Virus record (IMG/VR): IMGVR_UViG_3300032315_000608
Location: 5,341 to 69,340 of that record
From: a virus
DNA length: 64,000 nt
Strand: one strand, 5' to 3'
How positions within the stretch are numbered: the stretch's first letter is position 1; each line of letters begins with the position of its first letter. The notes under the pieces were generated by a model that was not told the origin of the DNA, did not search any database, and saw only the letters and a program-made list of their open reading frames with translations. Below are positions 1 through 9,387 of this stretch, piece after piece. Position numbers and translations under genes: made by a program.

Positions 1-330
1 TGAAACACGGCGTGTCTTCGGACGGGAGTCTGAACGGCCGTTACTATATGGCCAGCATTGATGGCTGGACTGGTGAAGGTCTGACCGAGGAGGACGCGGT
101 GCGCGATGCGCATCAGTCCCGTGCGGAAGCTTTGACCAAGCTTCACCACAACAACCGCGTGTTTGGAACGCGCTTAAACTTCGAGGTGGTCTCGTGAGTT
201 GGGCGGAGTTCTTTGAGGTGATGACAATCATCATCCAACTCGTGTGTGCGTTTCTGGTCATACCCGCCTGCATTGTGGCTGGCGTGATTCTCATCAACCG
301 CCTTCTCAAGATGGCCGCGGAGGAACTCTC

Positions 331-684
331 TTGAAAGCTGGCGACAAGCTATGGGTTGATGCCCAAATGATTGAGATATTAAAAGGTCACAATCTTGGGC
401 GGAAGTTCCGCTTGAACACTGGCGTGGTCGAGGTAGCTGGCGACATCTACACCGATGACACGATGGTGCCGAAGGAACTGAATGTAAAAGTCGGTGATGC
501 CCGCTGGGTCAGCTTGCCTTTGGGTGAGCTGGAACGCCCGTGGCGTTACCCAACCTTCCGCCGTTTGCTTGCGGTTATCCGCTCGTGGACTGGTGACTGG
601 TTGTTCCGTGCTCGCAAGAAAGAGCAGGGAATCGACATCGAAGAAACAATCAACAATGAGGAGAACGAAAATGATCAAAGTTAA
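331..684 (+). CDS. hypothetical early protein
   Basis: Part of ORF 244..684; TTG start chosen because GGAGGA lies just upstream. Confidence 0.5.
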   Translation: MKAGDKLWVDAQMIEILKGHNLGRKFRLNTGVVEVAGDIYTDDTMVPKELNVKVGDARWVSLPLGELERPWRYPTFRRLLAVIRSWTGDWLFRARKKEQGIDIEETINNEENENDQS

Positions 685-871
685 GCTTGGTTGGGAGTGG
701 ATGCGTTGCGGATTCTTTATAAATCGATTCTATTCGAATCCATTCAAAAAAGTAATGGTTGCAAGCTTGCAGTTCAAACCTCTCGGGTTTGAATTATATC
801 CTTCAACCGAATCGGCAATCATTTACTTGGAGCTTGTCATCGGCACGCTGATGATCAAGTTGAGCAAATGA
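671..871 (+). CDS. hypothetical protein
   Basis: ATG overlaps the previous gene; GAGGAG upstream. Confidence 0.45.
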   Translation: MIKVKLGWEWMRCGFFINRFYSNPFKKVMVASLQFKPLGFELYPSTESAIIYLELVIGTLMIKLSK

Positions 872-1035
872 AGGCTGACAAATACTTAGATACTTGCACG
901 GAAGCAGAGTGCGAGTTTGTATATGAGAGGTTTTACGGCCAATCGACGCATGAATTGGTTGAAGATCTCCTAAGTTACATTGACCACAAACCTATCAAAC
1001 AATTAGTCGAAAACTATAGAAAGGAAATCAAATGA
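868..1035 (+). CDS. hypothetical 55-aa protein (MKADKYLD...)
   Basis: Read manually; ATGA overlaps at both ends. Confidence 0.5.
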   Translation: MKADKYLDTCTEAECEFVYERFYGQSTHELVEDLLSYIDHKPIKQLVENYRKEIK

Positions 1036-1418
1036 GTTACCCAATCGAAGTAGTAGCCGAAAAGGGAACGCTCCAGCGCAGGCTGGGGCTGACCCCTATC
1101 GACCGAACCTCAACGGCAGACTTCCCGAAAGGGAAGGTGACCATCAGAACAAACAGAGTTCCCACCTTGTCAGAGGGCGGAGCTTATGCGTTCTACTACT
1201 CTAACCCCAAAGGTTACAGAGCAGTGTGTCACGTCGGCCCTGTATTTGAATATACAAGCCAAGGAAGAGTTGCCAGTGATGAAATGTATTATCACTTCAA
1301 CTCTGGAGTCTTAAAGAAATCTGAACTCGACGCGTTTGTCGGAACCATCAAGGCCATCGAAGCCAAAGTCGATGCCCTTATGAGAAAGGAATCCAATGGC
1401 TACCAAGACGAAATCTAG
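1032..1418 (+). CDS. hypothetical protein
   Basis: GAAAGGA RBS; ATGA coupling. Confidence 0.65.
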   Translation: MSYPIEVVAEKGTLQRRLGLTPIDRTSTADFPKGKVTIRTNRVPTLSEGGAYAFYYSNPKGYRAVCHVGPVFEYTSQGRVASDEMYYHFNSGVLKKSELDAFVGTIKAIEAKVDALMRKESNGYQDEI

Positions 1419-1785
1419 TAAGAAGAAGCTGATCAAAGACCATGTCGATCGGATGCTGTTTGATCGGATGATGAATGAGAAGCCGACCAAAGATCGGCTT
1501 GAGAGAATCAGTGTACTTGAGTTCATCGAAATCTATGGCGACGACGACCACAAGGAAAACATCATTCTACTCGATGGCTTGGACAAAGCTTTCATGGGGC
1601 TTTCCTATCGAGATGGACAACACGGAACACAAGTGGCGGTGTATGGAATTACTTCCTGCATTAACCAACTGAAACGCGCCAACAAATGGAACTGGGATAC
1701 AGCTGAAGAATACTTCTACTTCAATACCCGCTATGCTTATGTTGGCGAGTATACCCCGATGTTCATCGAGGAGATGGTGCGATGA
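1396..1785 (+). CDS. conserved phage hypothetical protein
   Basis: LDGLDKAFMG...AEEYFYFN..AYVGEYTPMF motif, recalled from many uncultured phages; GAAAGGA RBS. Confidence 0.7.
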   Translation: MATKTKSSKKKLIKDHVDRMLFDRMMNEKPTKDRLERISVLEFIEIYGDDDHKENIILLDGLDKAFMGLSYRDGQHGTQVAVYGITSCINQLKRANKWNWDTAEEYFYFNTRYAYVGEYTPMFIEEMVR

Positions 1786-2030
1786 CTGCCAAGCTGACAC
1801 CTCAAGAGATTAGGCAAGGCGACACCGTGTGGTGGCGCGGAAGCTTTGGCAACGATGGCTGGGAGAAGGCGAAGGTTCATCGGATTGAACTCGTCCGTCC
1901 AGGCCAGAAAGAGAATGGTCTCCTTGTGCCTTGGGTTCCCACGACCGTGATCGAGAACTGTGTTTTCGATCTGGACAATGGGCATTGGGCATATGGATAT
2001 CAAATCAAACCAGTGGAGGAAGCTATATGA
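1782..2030 (+). CDS. hypothetical protein (SH3/KOW-like beta fold)
   Basis: IRQGDTVWWRG...LDNGHWAYGYQI; coupled to neighbours. Confidence 0.6.
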   Translation: MTAKLTPQEIRQGDTVWWRGSFGNDGWEKAKVHRIELVRPGQKENGLLVPWVPTTVIENCVFDLDNGHWAYGYQIKPVEEAI

Positions 2031-2416
2031 AAATCAAAGACTACCATATTGTTGGGAACAAAACCGACCGCATAGAAGTCACGGAAGCTGACTTGGCTGA
2101 AGGTTGGGAGAATCTTTGCAAGACGAACAAGATGCTCGCTGAGATGGAACAAGCTTCCTTGAAGAAAGAAGGCTTGATTGTTCTCCTGCGAAAACACACG
2201 CTGAAAAACGGAAGGGTGACCCGCAAGGTTGTGGACACTGGTTCCCTCGAGATTGACGGTGTTGACGGCAGAGACGCTCCAGACTTCTCCGACGCCTACT
2301 TCAGTGCTGGTCAGTTTAAAGACGGCACTGAGATGAGCGACGAGGAACTCAACGAGCTAGCCGCCGAGCATCCCGATCTTTTATACGAGAAGATCTACCA
2401 CTACGCATCGGACTAA
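2027..2416 (+). CDS. hypothetical protein
   Basis: GGAGGA RBS; C-terminal IDGVD.RD.PDFSDAY motif common in phages. Confidence 0.65.
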   Translation: MKIKDYHIVGNKTDRIEVTEADLAEGWENLCKTNKMLAEMEQASLKKEGLIVLLRKHTLKNGRVTRKVVDTGSLEIDGVDGRDAPDFSDAYFSAGQFKDGTEMSDEELNELAAEHPDLLYEKIYHYASD

Positions 2417-2426
2417 AGGAGGACAT

Positions 2427-2660
2427 ATGGGGTTACAGAATAAATGCGCTCGCTATTTCTTAGAAGACAACGCTCGCCCGTGCAAAGGCACGTACCGAAA
2501 CGTTAGAGAGGTCTACAAGATCGTGGGCCAGCGTATTCCCAATCTCTTGTTGCACAAGTGCGACAAGTGCGGGCACACGACCCTGCCTTGGTCTTCGGTG
2601 TTAATAGTCGATAAGGCAACTGCTAAACATAGGAGAAAGTTAAAAAGGAGAAACAAATGA
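2427..2660 (+). CDS. YgiT/MqsA-type zinc-ribbon-like protein
   Basis: C..C.G then CDKCG; AAGGAGGA RBS. Confidence 0.5.
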   Translation: MGLQNKCARYFLEDNARPCKGTYRNVREVYKIVGQRIPNLLLHKCDKCGHTTLPWSSVLIVDKATAKHRRKLKRRNK

Positions 2661-2872
2661 AAAAGAAACCATTACTTATCACAGTCGAGCAAGGATTCGT
2701 ATACGGATACGATCTACCCAAGGGGGTAAATGTTCTTGTTGTTGACTTAGATGCAGCGAAACATGAAGGGCAGGAATCAAAAGCTAGGCGTTGGTTAAAG
2801 AGCGTGGCGAAAGGCTCTTGTCCAATGAAGTCCTCTGTGGAACTTAATTGGCACGATTGGACGCTGGCATGA
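2657..2872 (+). CDS. hypothetical protein
   Basis: AGGAG RBS; ATGA overlap. Confidence 0.55.
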   Translation: MKKKPLLITVEQGFVYGYDLPKGVNVLVVDLDAAKHEGQESKARRWLKSVAKGSCPMKSSVELNWHDWTLA

Positions 2873-3081
2873 GATTCTTCTACCACTTCAACAAACCTTT
2901 GACGCAACGACGCAAAGATATCTGGTGGACAATTCACTACCAGAACCAGTGCGTCCCCATCAAAGGCTTTGACTGTCGTGTGGCTACACACGATCGAAAA
3001 CGCAAGAAGCAACCACTCGCAGTTGTATGGGGCGATGCCAGTAGCATCGTCATTCAAAACAACCGCGCAATCATTACATAG
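2869..3081 (+). CDS. hypothetical protein
   Basis: ATGA overlap; FFYHFNKP...WTIH motif. Confidence 0.6.
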   Translation: MRFFYHFNKPLTQRRKDIWWTIHYQNQCVPIKGFDCRVATHDRKRKKQPLAVVWGDASSIVIQNNRAIIT

Positions 3082-3191
3082 GGAGATTATATGACAGAAG
3101 CTCAACAGAAAGAAATTCTGGCTAGAATCACCATTGATGAATGGCTAGGCAAGATGGAAAACGAACGAAAACTAAACGAAAGGAAGACATC

Positions 3192-3494
3192 ATGAAAAAG
3201 AAAAAAGCAAAGGTAACAGAGAAAGTTATGACGATCGATCGGAAAGACGGAAACCTCAACGGAGTTCCATTTATTCAGTTCCTTGTAGCGATGCTGGGGC
3301 TGGAAGCTTTGAATCGTGGAATGATGTTGACTCGAGTCGCAACCCCTAGTCGGTGTATGGAAATCATATCGCAGATCACTGGTCAGCGATACAAACGAAC
3401 CGACAGGAACAAAGCGTTGTATGATGCCGAAGTGATCATGCATGCAATTCGTGAAGAGAAGAGACAGCTAGCCGAGGACGCGGCACTCGCATGA
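3192..3494 (+). CDS. hypothetical protein
   Basis: GAAAGGA RBS before ATG 3192. Confidence 0.6.
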   Translation: MKKKKAKVTEKVMTIDRKDGNLNGVPFIQFLVAMLGLEALNRGMMLTRVATPSRCMEIISQITGQRYKRTDRNKALYDAEVIMHAIREEKRQLAEDAALA

Positions 3495-3817
3495 GAATCG
3501 AAGTAGAGAAGGATGATGTTAAGTTCGAATACGACGGAAAGAAGTATTCGGTAACTGGCACAGCCATCCACAATACCGAGAAGGAAGACATCGGTATTGG
3601 TTCTTATGAGTTCTGGGGTTCGCGTGGTTACGACAGCAGGATTGTCGAACAAAGCGAGTTCTCGGAATGTGAGTTCGATAGCTTGGCAATTTATCCAGAC
3701 GAGGGGATGGAAGAAGTTCCAGAACCTTCTAAAGAACTTGTCGAGGCTGCGCAGGAAGCTTTGTATCAAGCGACCTACGAAACCGCGGAAGAGCGGGCTG
3801 TCGAGTTAAGCGACTAG
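3491..3817 (+). CDS. acidic hypothetical protein
   Basis: GIGSYEFWG motif; strongly acidic. Confidence 0.65.
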   Translation: MRIEVEKDDVKFEYDGKKYSVTGTAIHNTEKEDIGIGSYEFWGSRGYDSRIVEQSEFSECEFDSLAIYPDEGMEEVPEPSKELVEAAQEALYQATYETAEERAVELSD

Positions 3818-3822
3818 ACACT

Positions 3823-3850
3823 CTGCCCCGTCGCTCACACGGCGGGGTAG
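3823..3850 (+). terminator. GC-rich hairpin
   Basis: CTGCCCCGTCG/CGGCGGGGTAG inverted repeat right after a stop; no U-tract. Confidence 0.4.
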
Positions 3851-3888
3851 CAGTCTGGCCGATCGGCTGGAAACAAACGAAAACCAAA

Positions 3889-4221
3889 ATGAAAGGACAC
3901 AATATGGAACTAACAATACCATCAGAAGTGGTAGATGAGTTCGGTCGGGCGACCGAGTGGCTCAAGCTATCCAATGAGAAACGCAAAGAGTATCGGAGTC
4001 TATTCCTAGAATCCGCGAAGCAAGGAATCAAAAGCTGGGTAGGCCAGCACTTCACGGTTCAGATGGATGAGCACGATAAGGCAAGACTTGCCAAACCTTT
4101 GCTCAAATCCAACCTGCTCAAGTATCTGACGCCAGAGCAAGTGAACTACATCATCGATGCCTCAACAGTATCGAGCGAAGAGTGGCACTTCACGGCGCGA
4201 AGGATTCCGACAGGTGAGTAA
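3889..4221 (+). CDS. hypothetical protein
   Basis: ORF; GAAAGGA RBS suggests the real start is 3904. Confidence 0.6.
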   Translation: MKGHNMELTIPSEVVDEFGRATEWLKLSNEKRKEYRSLFLESAKQGIKSWVGQHFTVQMDEHDKARLAKPLLKSNLLKYLTPEQVNYIIDASTVSSEEWHFTARRIPTGE

Positions 4222-4423
4222 CGCTGTAAAGATTGCAAACGAGATAACAAAGTGGGATGGCTACGCTTTGTTTGACAAAGACAATGTATTACTCAACGAC
4301 CAGTTATTCACATACTACGAACGGGCGCAGAAAATTGCTTCCTGTTACGAGAATGGTGAAGCCATCATCTGGAAAGTTGAACTGAACAGAAAGGAAAAAG
4401 TCAATGATAATTACGTCATCTAG
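4214..4423 (+). CDS. hypothetical protein
   Basis: GTG start coupled to the previous stop. Confidence 0.45.
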   Translation: MSNAVKIANEITKWDGYALFDKDNVLLNDQLFTYYERAQKIASCYENGEAIIWKVELNRKEKVNDNYVI

Positions 4424-6749
4424 AAACACGCCAGTATCAAGCGGGGTTACCGACACGATCGATTACAAGATCGATGTGTCCAACCTCGGTCACATCGCCA
4501 GTATCCTACGCAAAGCTTACTCTGACCCGATCAGAGCGGTTGTGCGTGAGTATGGCACCAATGCCTGCGAGGGTCACATCCTCAATGGTAAAACCAACAA
4601 GCCCATCCAAGTCTCGCTTCCGACTGGTATGAAGCCAGTCTTTACGATTCGTGACTTCGGCCCTGGACTTGGCAAGGAGAAGTTCCAAGAGTTGTTCTGC
4701 TCGTATGGCGGTAGCGACAAGCGGACAAGCAACGACTTCACGGGCTGTCTTGGTATCGGTTGCAAATCGTATGGTGCCTACACGGATGCCATTACGGTAA
4801 CCGACTACAACGGAGTTACTCCCCACAAGGACGGAGTCAAGCGTATCTGGAATTGTCACATCGACGAGAGTGAGGTGGGCAAGGCATCGCTGTTAAGCGA
4901 GACCAAGACCAACGAACCCTCTGGTGTTGAAATCTCGATTCCAGTTCGGCCACAAGACATTAGTAGATTCCGCGAAACTGCGATGCAAGTCTATCGTGTC
5001 TTTGATGTCCGTCCCGACATCGTTAACCTATCGCCAGAAGAGAAGAAAGCATATGCCACTCAGACATACAAGGATGGCATTATCAAAGGAACCAACTGGT
5101 CTTTCAATGGTGAAGGCGAAAGCTGGCTCCAGATGGGTCTTGTGCTTTACCCGCTCAAGTCCGACTTCTCTGGCTCACCAGTCATCAAGCAGTTGATTGA
5201 CGCTGGAGTCTACGTGAGGGTCGATCTTGGCGATGTCCAAGTCGCTCCGTCTCGTGAGGACTTGCAGTATTCACAGAAGACAATCCAAGGCTTGGTCAAG
5301 CATCTCAATCCAGTCATTGACTCGATGGGGTCGACCTTGCTTGCGGATATTCAAGCGGCTCCAGACTTCTTCCAAGCTCACATGATCTTGCGTAGATTCA
5401 CTGGCACTGGCGGATATAGTTCCTCCAGTTTTCGTGAAGGCATTGTCAAGAAGCTGAAAGGCAAGCTGAAGTGGAAGGGAATCGCTATGTATGATGACAA
5501 TCGAATTCCTCTATGTGTCTCGCCTCTCAAGAAAGACCAGACTGAAATCGAGTTGCTTAGATCTCACGGCATCACCGCTATGAGCATAGGCAAGCGTAGT
5601 TGGGGCAAGGCTAGATTCAATGTCGATCGCTCCGTTGACGAGCTGATTGTCCACAAGGACACACTCGTCATGATCAACGATACTGGCACTGGCTCGGGTG
5701 AAGCTCGCGTTCGTCACTGGTTGATGAACGGCGGGCCTAATGGAGCGACCGTGACTATCATCAACTTCAAAAATGGTGGCAGGGAGTTCCTTAACAAGAC
5801 TCTCCCTTGGTTCGCGACGACGACATTCCAACAGGTGTCGTCTCTGCCCATGCCCCCACCGAAACAGAAAGGTGTAGATGCAAACGGAGTTGAGGTTGAA
5901 TATGACAAGAATGTCAAGCACACCAAGGGGAATGTGTTTGGTTTACATTCCAAGTATCAACGCCAAGACAAGCGTAGTGACTATTGGGGAATCTCAGCAG
6001 TACCTACGACTGGCAAGAAAGTCTATGTAACACTCGACCAATTCAAGTGGTCAATGCCTGGTAAGGACTACGAGATGGAGGAGTATTATCCTCTACATCG
6101 GGCAAAAGAATACTTGAAAGCAATCGGGTATTGCGATCAAATCTATGGCGTGAAGGAAGCTGATGTCGACAAGAAGGTTGATGCAACTTGGACTAAATTG
6201 CAGGATGCAATCGAGCAGGGGACACAAGCCTTCCTCAAGGCTAATCCCGACAAGGCTCAAAAGATTGCTGATCGTTATGCTGTCTTGAGTTTCTTCAACT
6301 CTCGATCGGTATACAACAGCGATCGGTTTAGGAAAGAGGGTTGCTTCTTTGAGCGATGCTCGCTTGGTCGTTGGGTCGGCAATTCCAAGATTAGTCTACT
6401 CAAAGACATCAAGTCCGACAGCCCATTTCGAATCTTTATGGATAAGGTTCTGGAGATGTCTGGAGGATGCGCAGAAGAAGGAGACAAAGACTTGCCAGCT
6501 TGGCTTGAGGAACCACAGAATACTTGGGCTCTTGGCCGATCGAATAACGATGATAAGAAAGGTGTATACCAACAACTCAAAGCGTCGTTGCCTAAACCTT
6601 CTTATGATCTGAAAGGTGAGGGAACTGCAATAGCTTCGAGGTATCCATTGCTTTGCCACAGTAACTGGCAATCAGATGTAATGGAATATCCAACCGAACA
6701 CACTGTCGAGTATGTGCATCTTGTAGATGCAGCTCGCAAAACAAAATAA
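4404..6749 (+). CDS. rIIA: rIIA-like protein (N-terminal GHKL/Hsp90-type ATPase)
   Basis: YSDPIRAVVREYGTNA, IRDFGPGL, YGGSDKR.SND..GCLGIGCKS, SREDLQY motifs; adjacent to an rIIB-like gene. Confidence 0.88.
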   Translation: MIITSSRNTPVSSGVTDTIDYKIDVSNLGHIASILRKAYSDPIRAVVREYGTNACEGHILNGKTNKPIQVSLPTGMKPVFTIRDFGPGLGKEKFQELFCSYGGSDKRTSNDFTGCLGIGCKSYGAYTDAITVTDYNGVTPHKDGVKRIWNCHIDESEVGKASLLSETKTNEPSGVEISIPVRPQDISRFRETAMQVYRVFDVRPDIVNLSPEEKKAYATQTYKDGIIKGTNWSFNGEGESWLQMGLVLYPLKSDFSGSPVIKQLIDAGVYVRVDLGDVQVAPSREDLQYSQKTIQGLVKHLNPVIDSMGSTLLADIQAAPDFFQAHMILRRFTGTGGYSSSSFREGIVKKLKGKLKWKGIAMYDDNRIPLCVSPLKKDQTEIELLRSHGITAMSIGKRSWGKARFNVDRSVDELIVHKDTLVMINDTGTGSGEARVRHWLMNGGPNGATVTIINFKNGGREFLNKTLPWFATTTFQQVSSLPMPPPKQKGVDANGVEVEYDKNVKHTKGNVFGLHSKYQRQDKRSDYWGISAVPTTGKKVYVTLDQFKWSMPGKDYEMEEYYPLHRAKEYLKAIGYCDQIYGVKEADVDKKVDATWTKLQDAIEQGTQAFLKANPDKAQKIADRYAVLSFFNSRSVYNSDRFRKEGCFFERCSLGRWVGNSKISLLKDIKSDSPFRIFMDKVLEMSGGCAEEGDKDLPAWLEEPQNTWALGRSNNDDKKGVYQQLKASLPKPSYDLKGEGTAIASRYPLLCHSNWQSDVMEYPTEHTVEYVHLVDAARKTK

Positions 6750-6770
6750 AAACGAAAGGACACAGTAAGT

Positions 6771-7622
6771 ATGAACTACATCATAACTGACGAAACAATA
6801 ACAGCGGTCATCAACGGGAAGTCTCACACTATCCGTCGTGACCACGCAAATGCAAAGATGGTAATCAACGCGATCGCAGAGGGTCGTGCGGAGGGTGACA
6901 TCGAGCAATTGATGGACATCACCAACGCACTCAATGCGTATCTCGGCAACTCCGTCGAGGTGAAAGACGGTTCGGTGTATCACCGCGGGGAGATCGTTGA
7001 CGAGCGTATCGCCAAACGAATCCTCAACTTTATGCAGGAGAATCTACCAGTGGAGCCGATGACGCGGTTCTTGGAGAATCTCTACAACAATCCGAGCCAC
7101 AATAGTCGTGCTCAACTCTACAAATTCTTGGAGCACAAGAACATGCCGATCACTGAGGATGGCTGTTTCTTGGCTTACAAGTCGGTTGATGAGAACTATA
7201 TGGACCACCACACTGGCAAGTTCTCGAACAGAGTCGGCCAGGTGTTGAGTATCGCTCGTCGCAGTGTGGACGACAATCCCGAGAACGGATGTTCTTACGG
7301 ATTCCATGCTGGCTCGCTCGAGTACGCCAGCAACTTCGGTGGTGGCGATCGTCGGGTCGTGATCGTCAAGATCAACCCCGAGGATGTGGTGTCGGTGCCC
7401 AATGACTGCGAGTTCCAGAAGCTTCGTACTGCAAAGTATGAGGTTGTCGCGGACTACACGGGACCACTGCCCAAGACATACGCCGAGTCGTATGACTCCA
7501 CAGAAGACGACATCTACAACGAAGAAGATGTAGAGACCGATGAAACTGACAGCGATGACAGCCTTGTTACGGCAATCCGTACCGCGGCTCGTCAGTTGCT
7601 CGACGCAGTATCGAATCGCTAA
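6771..7622 (+). CDS. rIIB: rIIB-like protein
   Basis: NPS...QLYKFL..ITEDGCFLAYKSV, CSYGFH, VKINPEDVVSVP.D...KLR motifs. Confidence 0.9.
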   Translation: MNYIITDETITAVINGKSHTIRRDHANAKMVINAIAEGRAEGDIEQLMDITNALNAYLGNSVEVKDGSVYHRGEIVDERIAKRILNFMQENLPVEPMTRFLENLYNNPSHNSRAQLYKFLEHKNMPITEDGCFLAYKSVDENYMDHHTGKFSNRVGQVLSIARRSVDDNPENGCSYGFHAGSLEYASNFGGGDRRVVIVKINPEDVVSVPNDCEFQKLRTAKYEVVADYTGPLPKTYAESYDSTEDDIYNEEDVETDETDSDDSLVTAIRTAARQLLDAVSNR

Positions 7623-7628
7623 TCATTC

Positions 7629-7658
7629 GGGGCGGGTGGGCAAATCCCATCCGCCCCA
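7629..7658 (+). terminator. hairpin after rIIB
   Basis: GGGGCGGGTGGG-CAAAT-CCCATCCGCCCC. Confidence 0.5.
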
Positions 7659-7672
7659 CTTGAAAGGAAATT

Positions 7673-7912
7673 ATGATCTACACAGTAAGTCAACTAAAAA
7701 AGAAGTTAGCTCTCTTCGAACCTTCCGATGTCCTTTACGTTATGTTTTGGGCTAAAGACGAGTTTGAGGATAACTTCGAGAACCAAAAAATAACCAATAG
7801 AATGTGGTATCAAGCCTTGGAAAACCTTGATTCCGAAAGTGAAGAACAAGTAATTAAAGAAAGTATTGAGAATGAAATTCAATATCAACTTGATGAAAAG
7901 GAGACTGCATGA
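7673..7912 (+). CDS. acidic hypothetical protein
   Basis: GAAAGGA RBS; AT-rich. Confidence 0.6.
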   Translation: MIYTVSQLKKKLALFEPSDVLYVMFWAKDEFEDNFENQKITNRMWYQALENLDSESEEQVIKESIENEIQYQLDEKETA

Positions 7913-8187
7913 TTGAAGTCGAATATAAAGGTAAACAAGCCAAGCTTATTGCGGGAACTAAGTTCCCCTATGGCTTGGGCTGGCATAAAGAGGACGCATC
8001 CGTCATCGAAACATTGAAGCTTCGAGGCGGAGACGCTTCGGTTCTTCTTGCCGAATGGTGTGAGGCAACTGGATTGGACAGCAATAGCAATCTAGTTCGT
8101 AAGGAACGATTCGAAGGCAAAAAACCTTGGAATCAAAAAGATGAGAACAAGAAGATCTACACTCGTGAAATCAGACTCTCTGTTTAA
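7909..8187 (+). CDS. hypothetical protein
   Basis: AGGAG RBS; ATGA overlap. Confidence 0.55.
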   Translation: MIEVEYKGKQAKLIAGTKFPYGLGWHKEDASVIETLKLRGGDASVLLAEWCEATGLDSNSNLVRKERFEGKKPWNQKDENKKIYTREIRLSV

Positions 8188-8815
8188 AAATAAGAAAGAG
8201 GCGGAGAAGATAGTCGGCACTCTATCTAAGCCTTCCAAAATGCCTGGGTTCGCATACTCGACCCCAGCTAAACACTGCCTTATCGGGCAGAAAATGAGGA
8301 AGGTTGCGGGTAGTATCTGTGCGTTTTGTTACGCACTGAAGGGGCGTTATGTATTTCCAAACGTCATGGCGGCGATGGAAAAACGTTTCAAGTCTCTGAC
8401 TGACCCGCTATGGGTAAGCGCCATCTCGTATCTAATCGGAGGACGTAAGAATTCTTATTTCCGCTGGCATGATTCGGGAGATCTCCAAGGTGTATGGCAT
8501 CTAAAGAATATTGTTGAGGTAGCAAACAACCTGCCAAACATTTTCTTTTGGTTGCCGACCCGTGAGTATGCCTTTGTATCAAGTTACATTGAGCAAGGTG
8601 GATTGGTTCCAGACAATCTGTGCATTCGGTTGTCGGCTCTAATGATGGATGGCCCTGCCCCAGAGGGCATAGCCAAACGTCTTGGGTTGACGGTATCGGG
8701 TGCCAGCATGACTGGTAACTTCAACTGCCCATCCTCGAAGCAAGGAAACAAGTGCGGTTCATGCCGTAAATGTTGGGACAAAAATGTATTCGCAATTGAT
8801 TACAAAAAGCATTAG
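8141..8815 (+). CDS. Gp88-like Cys-rich (putative Fe-S) phage protein
   Basis: SKMPG, C...CAFCYA.KG.Y, FRWHDSGDL, WLPTRE, C.SCRKCW motifs. Confidence 0.75.
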   Translation: MRTRRSTLVKSDSLFKNKKEAEKIVGTLSKPSKMPGFAYSTPAKHCLIGQKMRKVAGSICAFCYALKGRYVFPNVMAAMEKRFKSLTDPLWVSAISYLIGGRKNSYFRWHDSGDLQGVWHLKNIVEVANNLPNIFFWLPTREYAFVSSYIEQGGLVPDNLCIRLSALMMDGPAPEGIAKRLGLTVSGASMTGNFNCPSSKQGNKCGSCRKCWDKNVFAIDYKKH

Positions 8816-8947
8816 GACGTCAACCTTAAGTTTACTTATGGTTATCGTAATGATGGACTGCATTCCCGATAAGTACTGGCCTGTGTGGGCTAGACCTGGG
8901 AACGACAACATCATATCCAGAATTAAAATATTCGGAGAAAGGCATGT

Positions 8948-9166
8948 ATGAGTCTATTAAATAAAGCGGCAGTTAAGCGGTCAGCTCTGGATTTGGCGAG
9001 CGCCAAGTTCAAGGAGCGGAACAAGACGAGACTAGAGATGGGGCTTGCCCCTATGAAGTTAGTTCCGTCGAGAGTTAGTAGTGAATTCATGGACACCTTT
9101 GAAGCCAAGGTCATTGGCTTATTGAATGTCATGGTTCACGAGCACAAGACAGGGGTGACACTATGA
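8948..9166 (+). CDS. small protein, possible truncated histone fold
   Basis: LLNKAAVKR...RVSSEF...long helix...GVTL; GAAAGG RBS. Confidence 0.5.
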   Translation: MSLLNKAAVKRSALDLASAKFKERNKTRLEMGLAPMKLVPSRVSSEFMDTFEAKVIGLLNVMVHEHKTGVTL

Positions 9167-9387
9167 ATTGTTATTGTATTACAAAACCAACGGAACAAAA
9201 GTTCCTATCGATCGATGAAACGTGGGTGGACTTTATCACGGGTATCCGTAATGACTCCATCCGAGGCTACACCTCTGAGGAGATGGAAGCCTTGAACAAC
9301 GATGCAACGAAGCATGGAGGCGAGGTGCGACAGCATCCGTCTCCCGACGGAGTCACACTCCCCTTGTTTTATGACTGGGGTACGTGA
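9163..9387 (+). CDS. hypothetical protein
   Basis: ATGA coupling. Confidence 0.5.
   Translation: MNCYCITKPTEQKFLSIDETWVDFITGIRNDSIRGYTSEEMEALNNDATKHGGEVRQHPSPDGVTLPLFYDWGT

Noticed and set aside
4404-7622. rIIA/rIIB as a novelty in a podovirus
   Set aside because: Already known outside T4-like phages, for example in N4-like phages.
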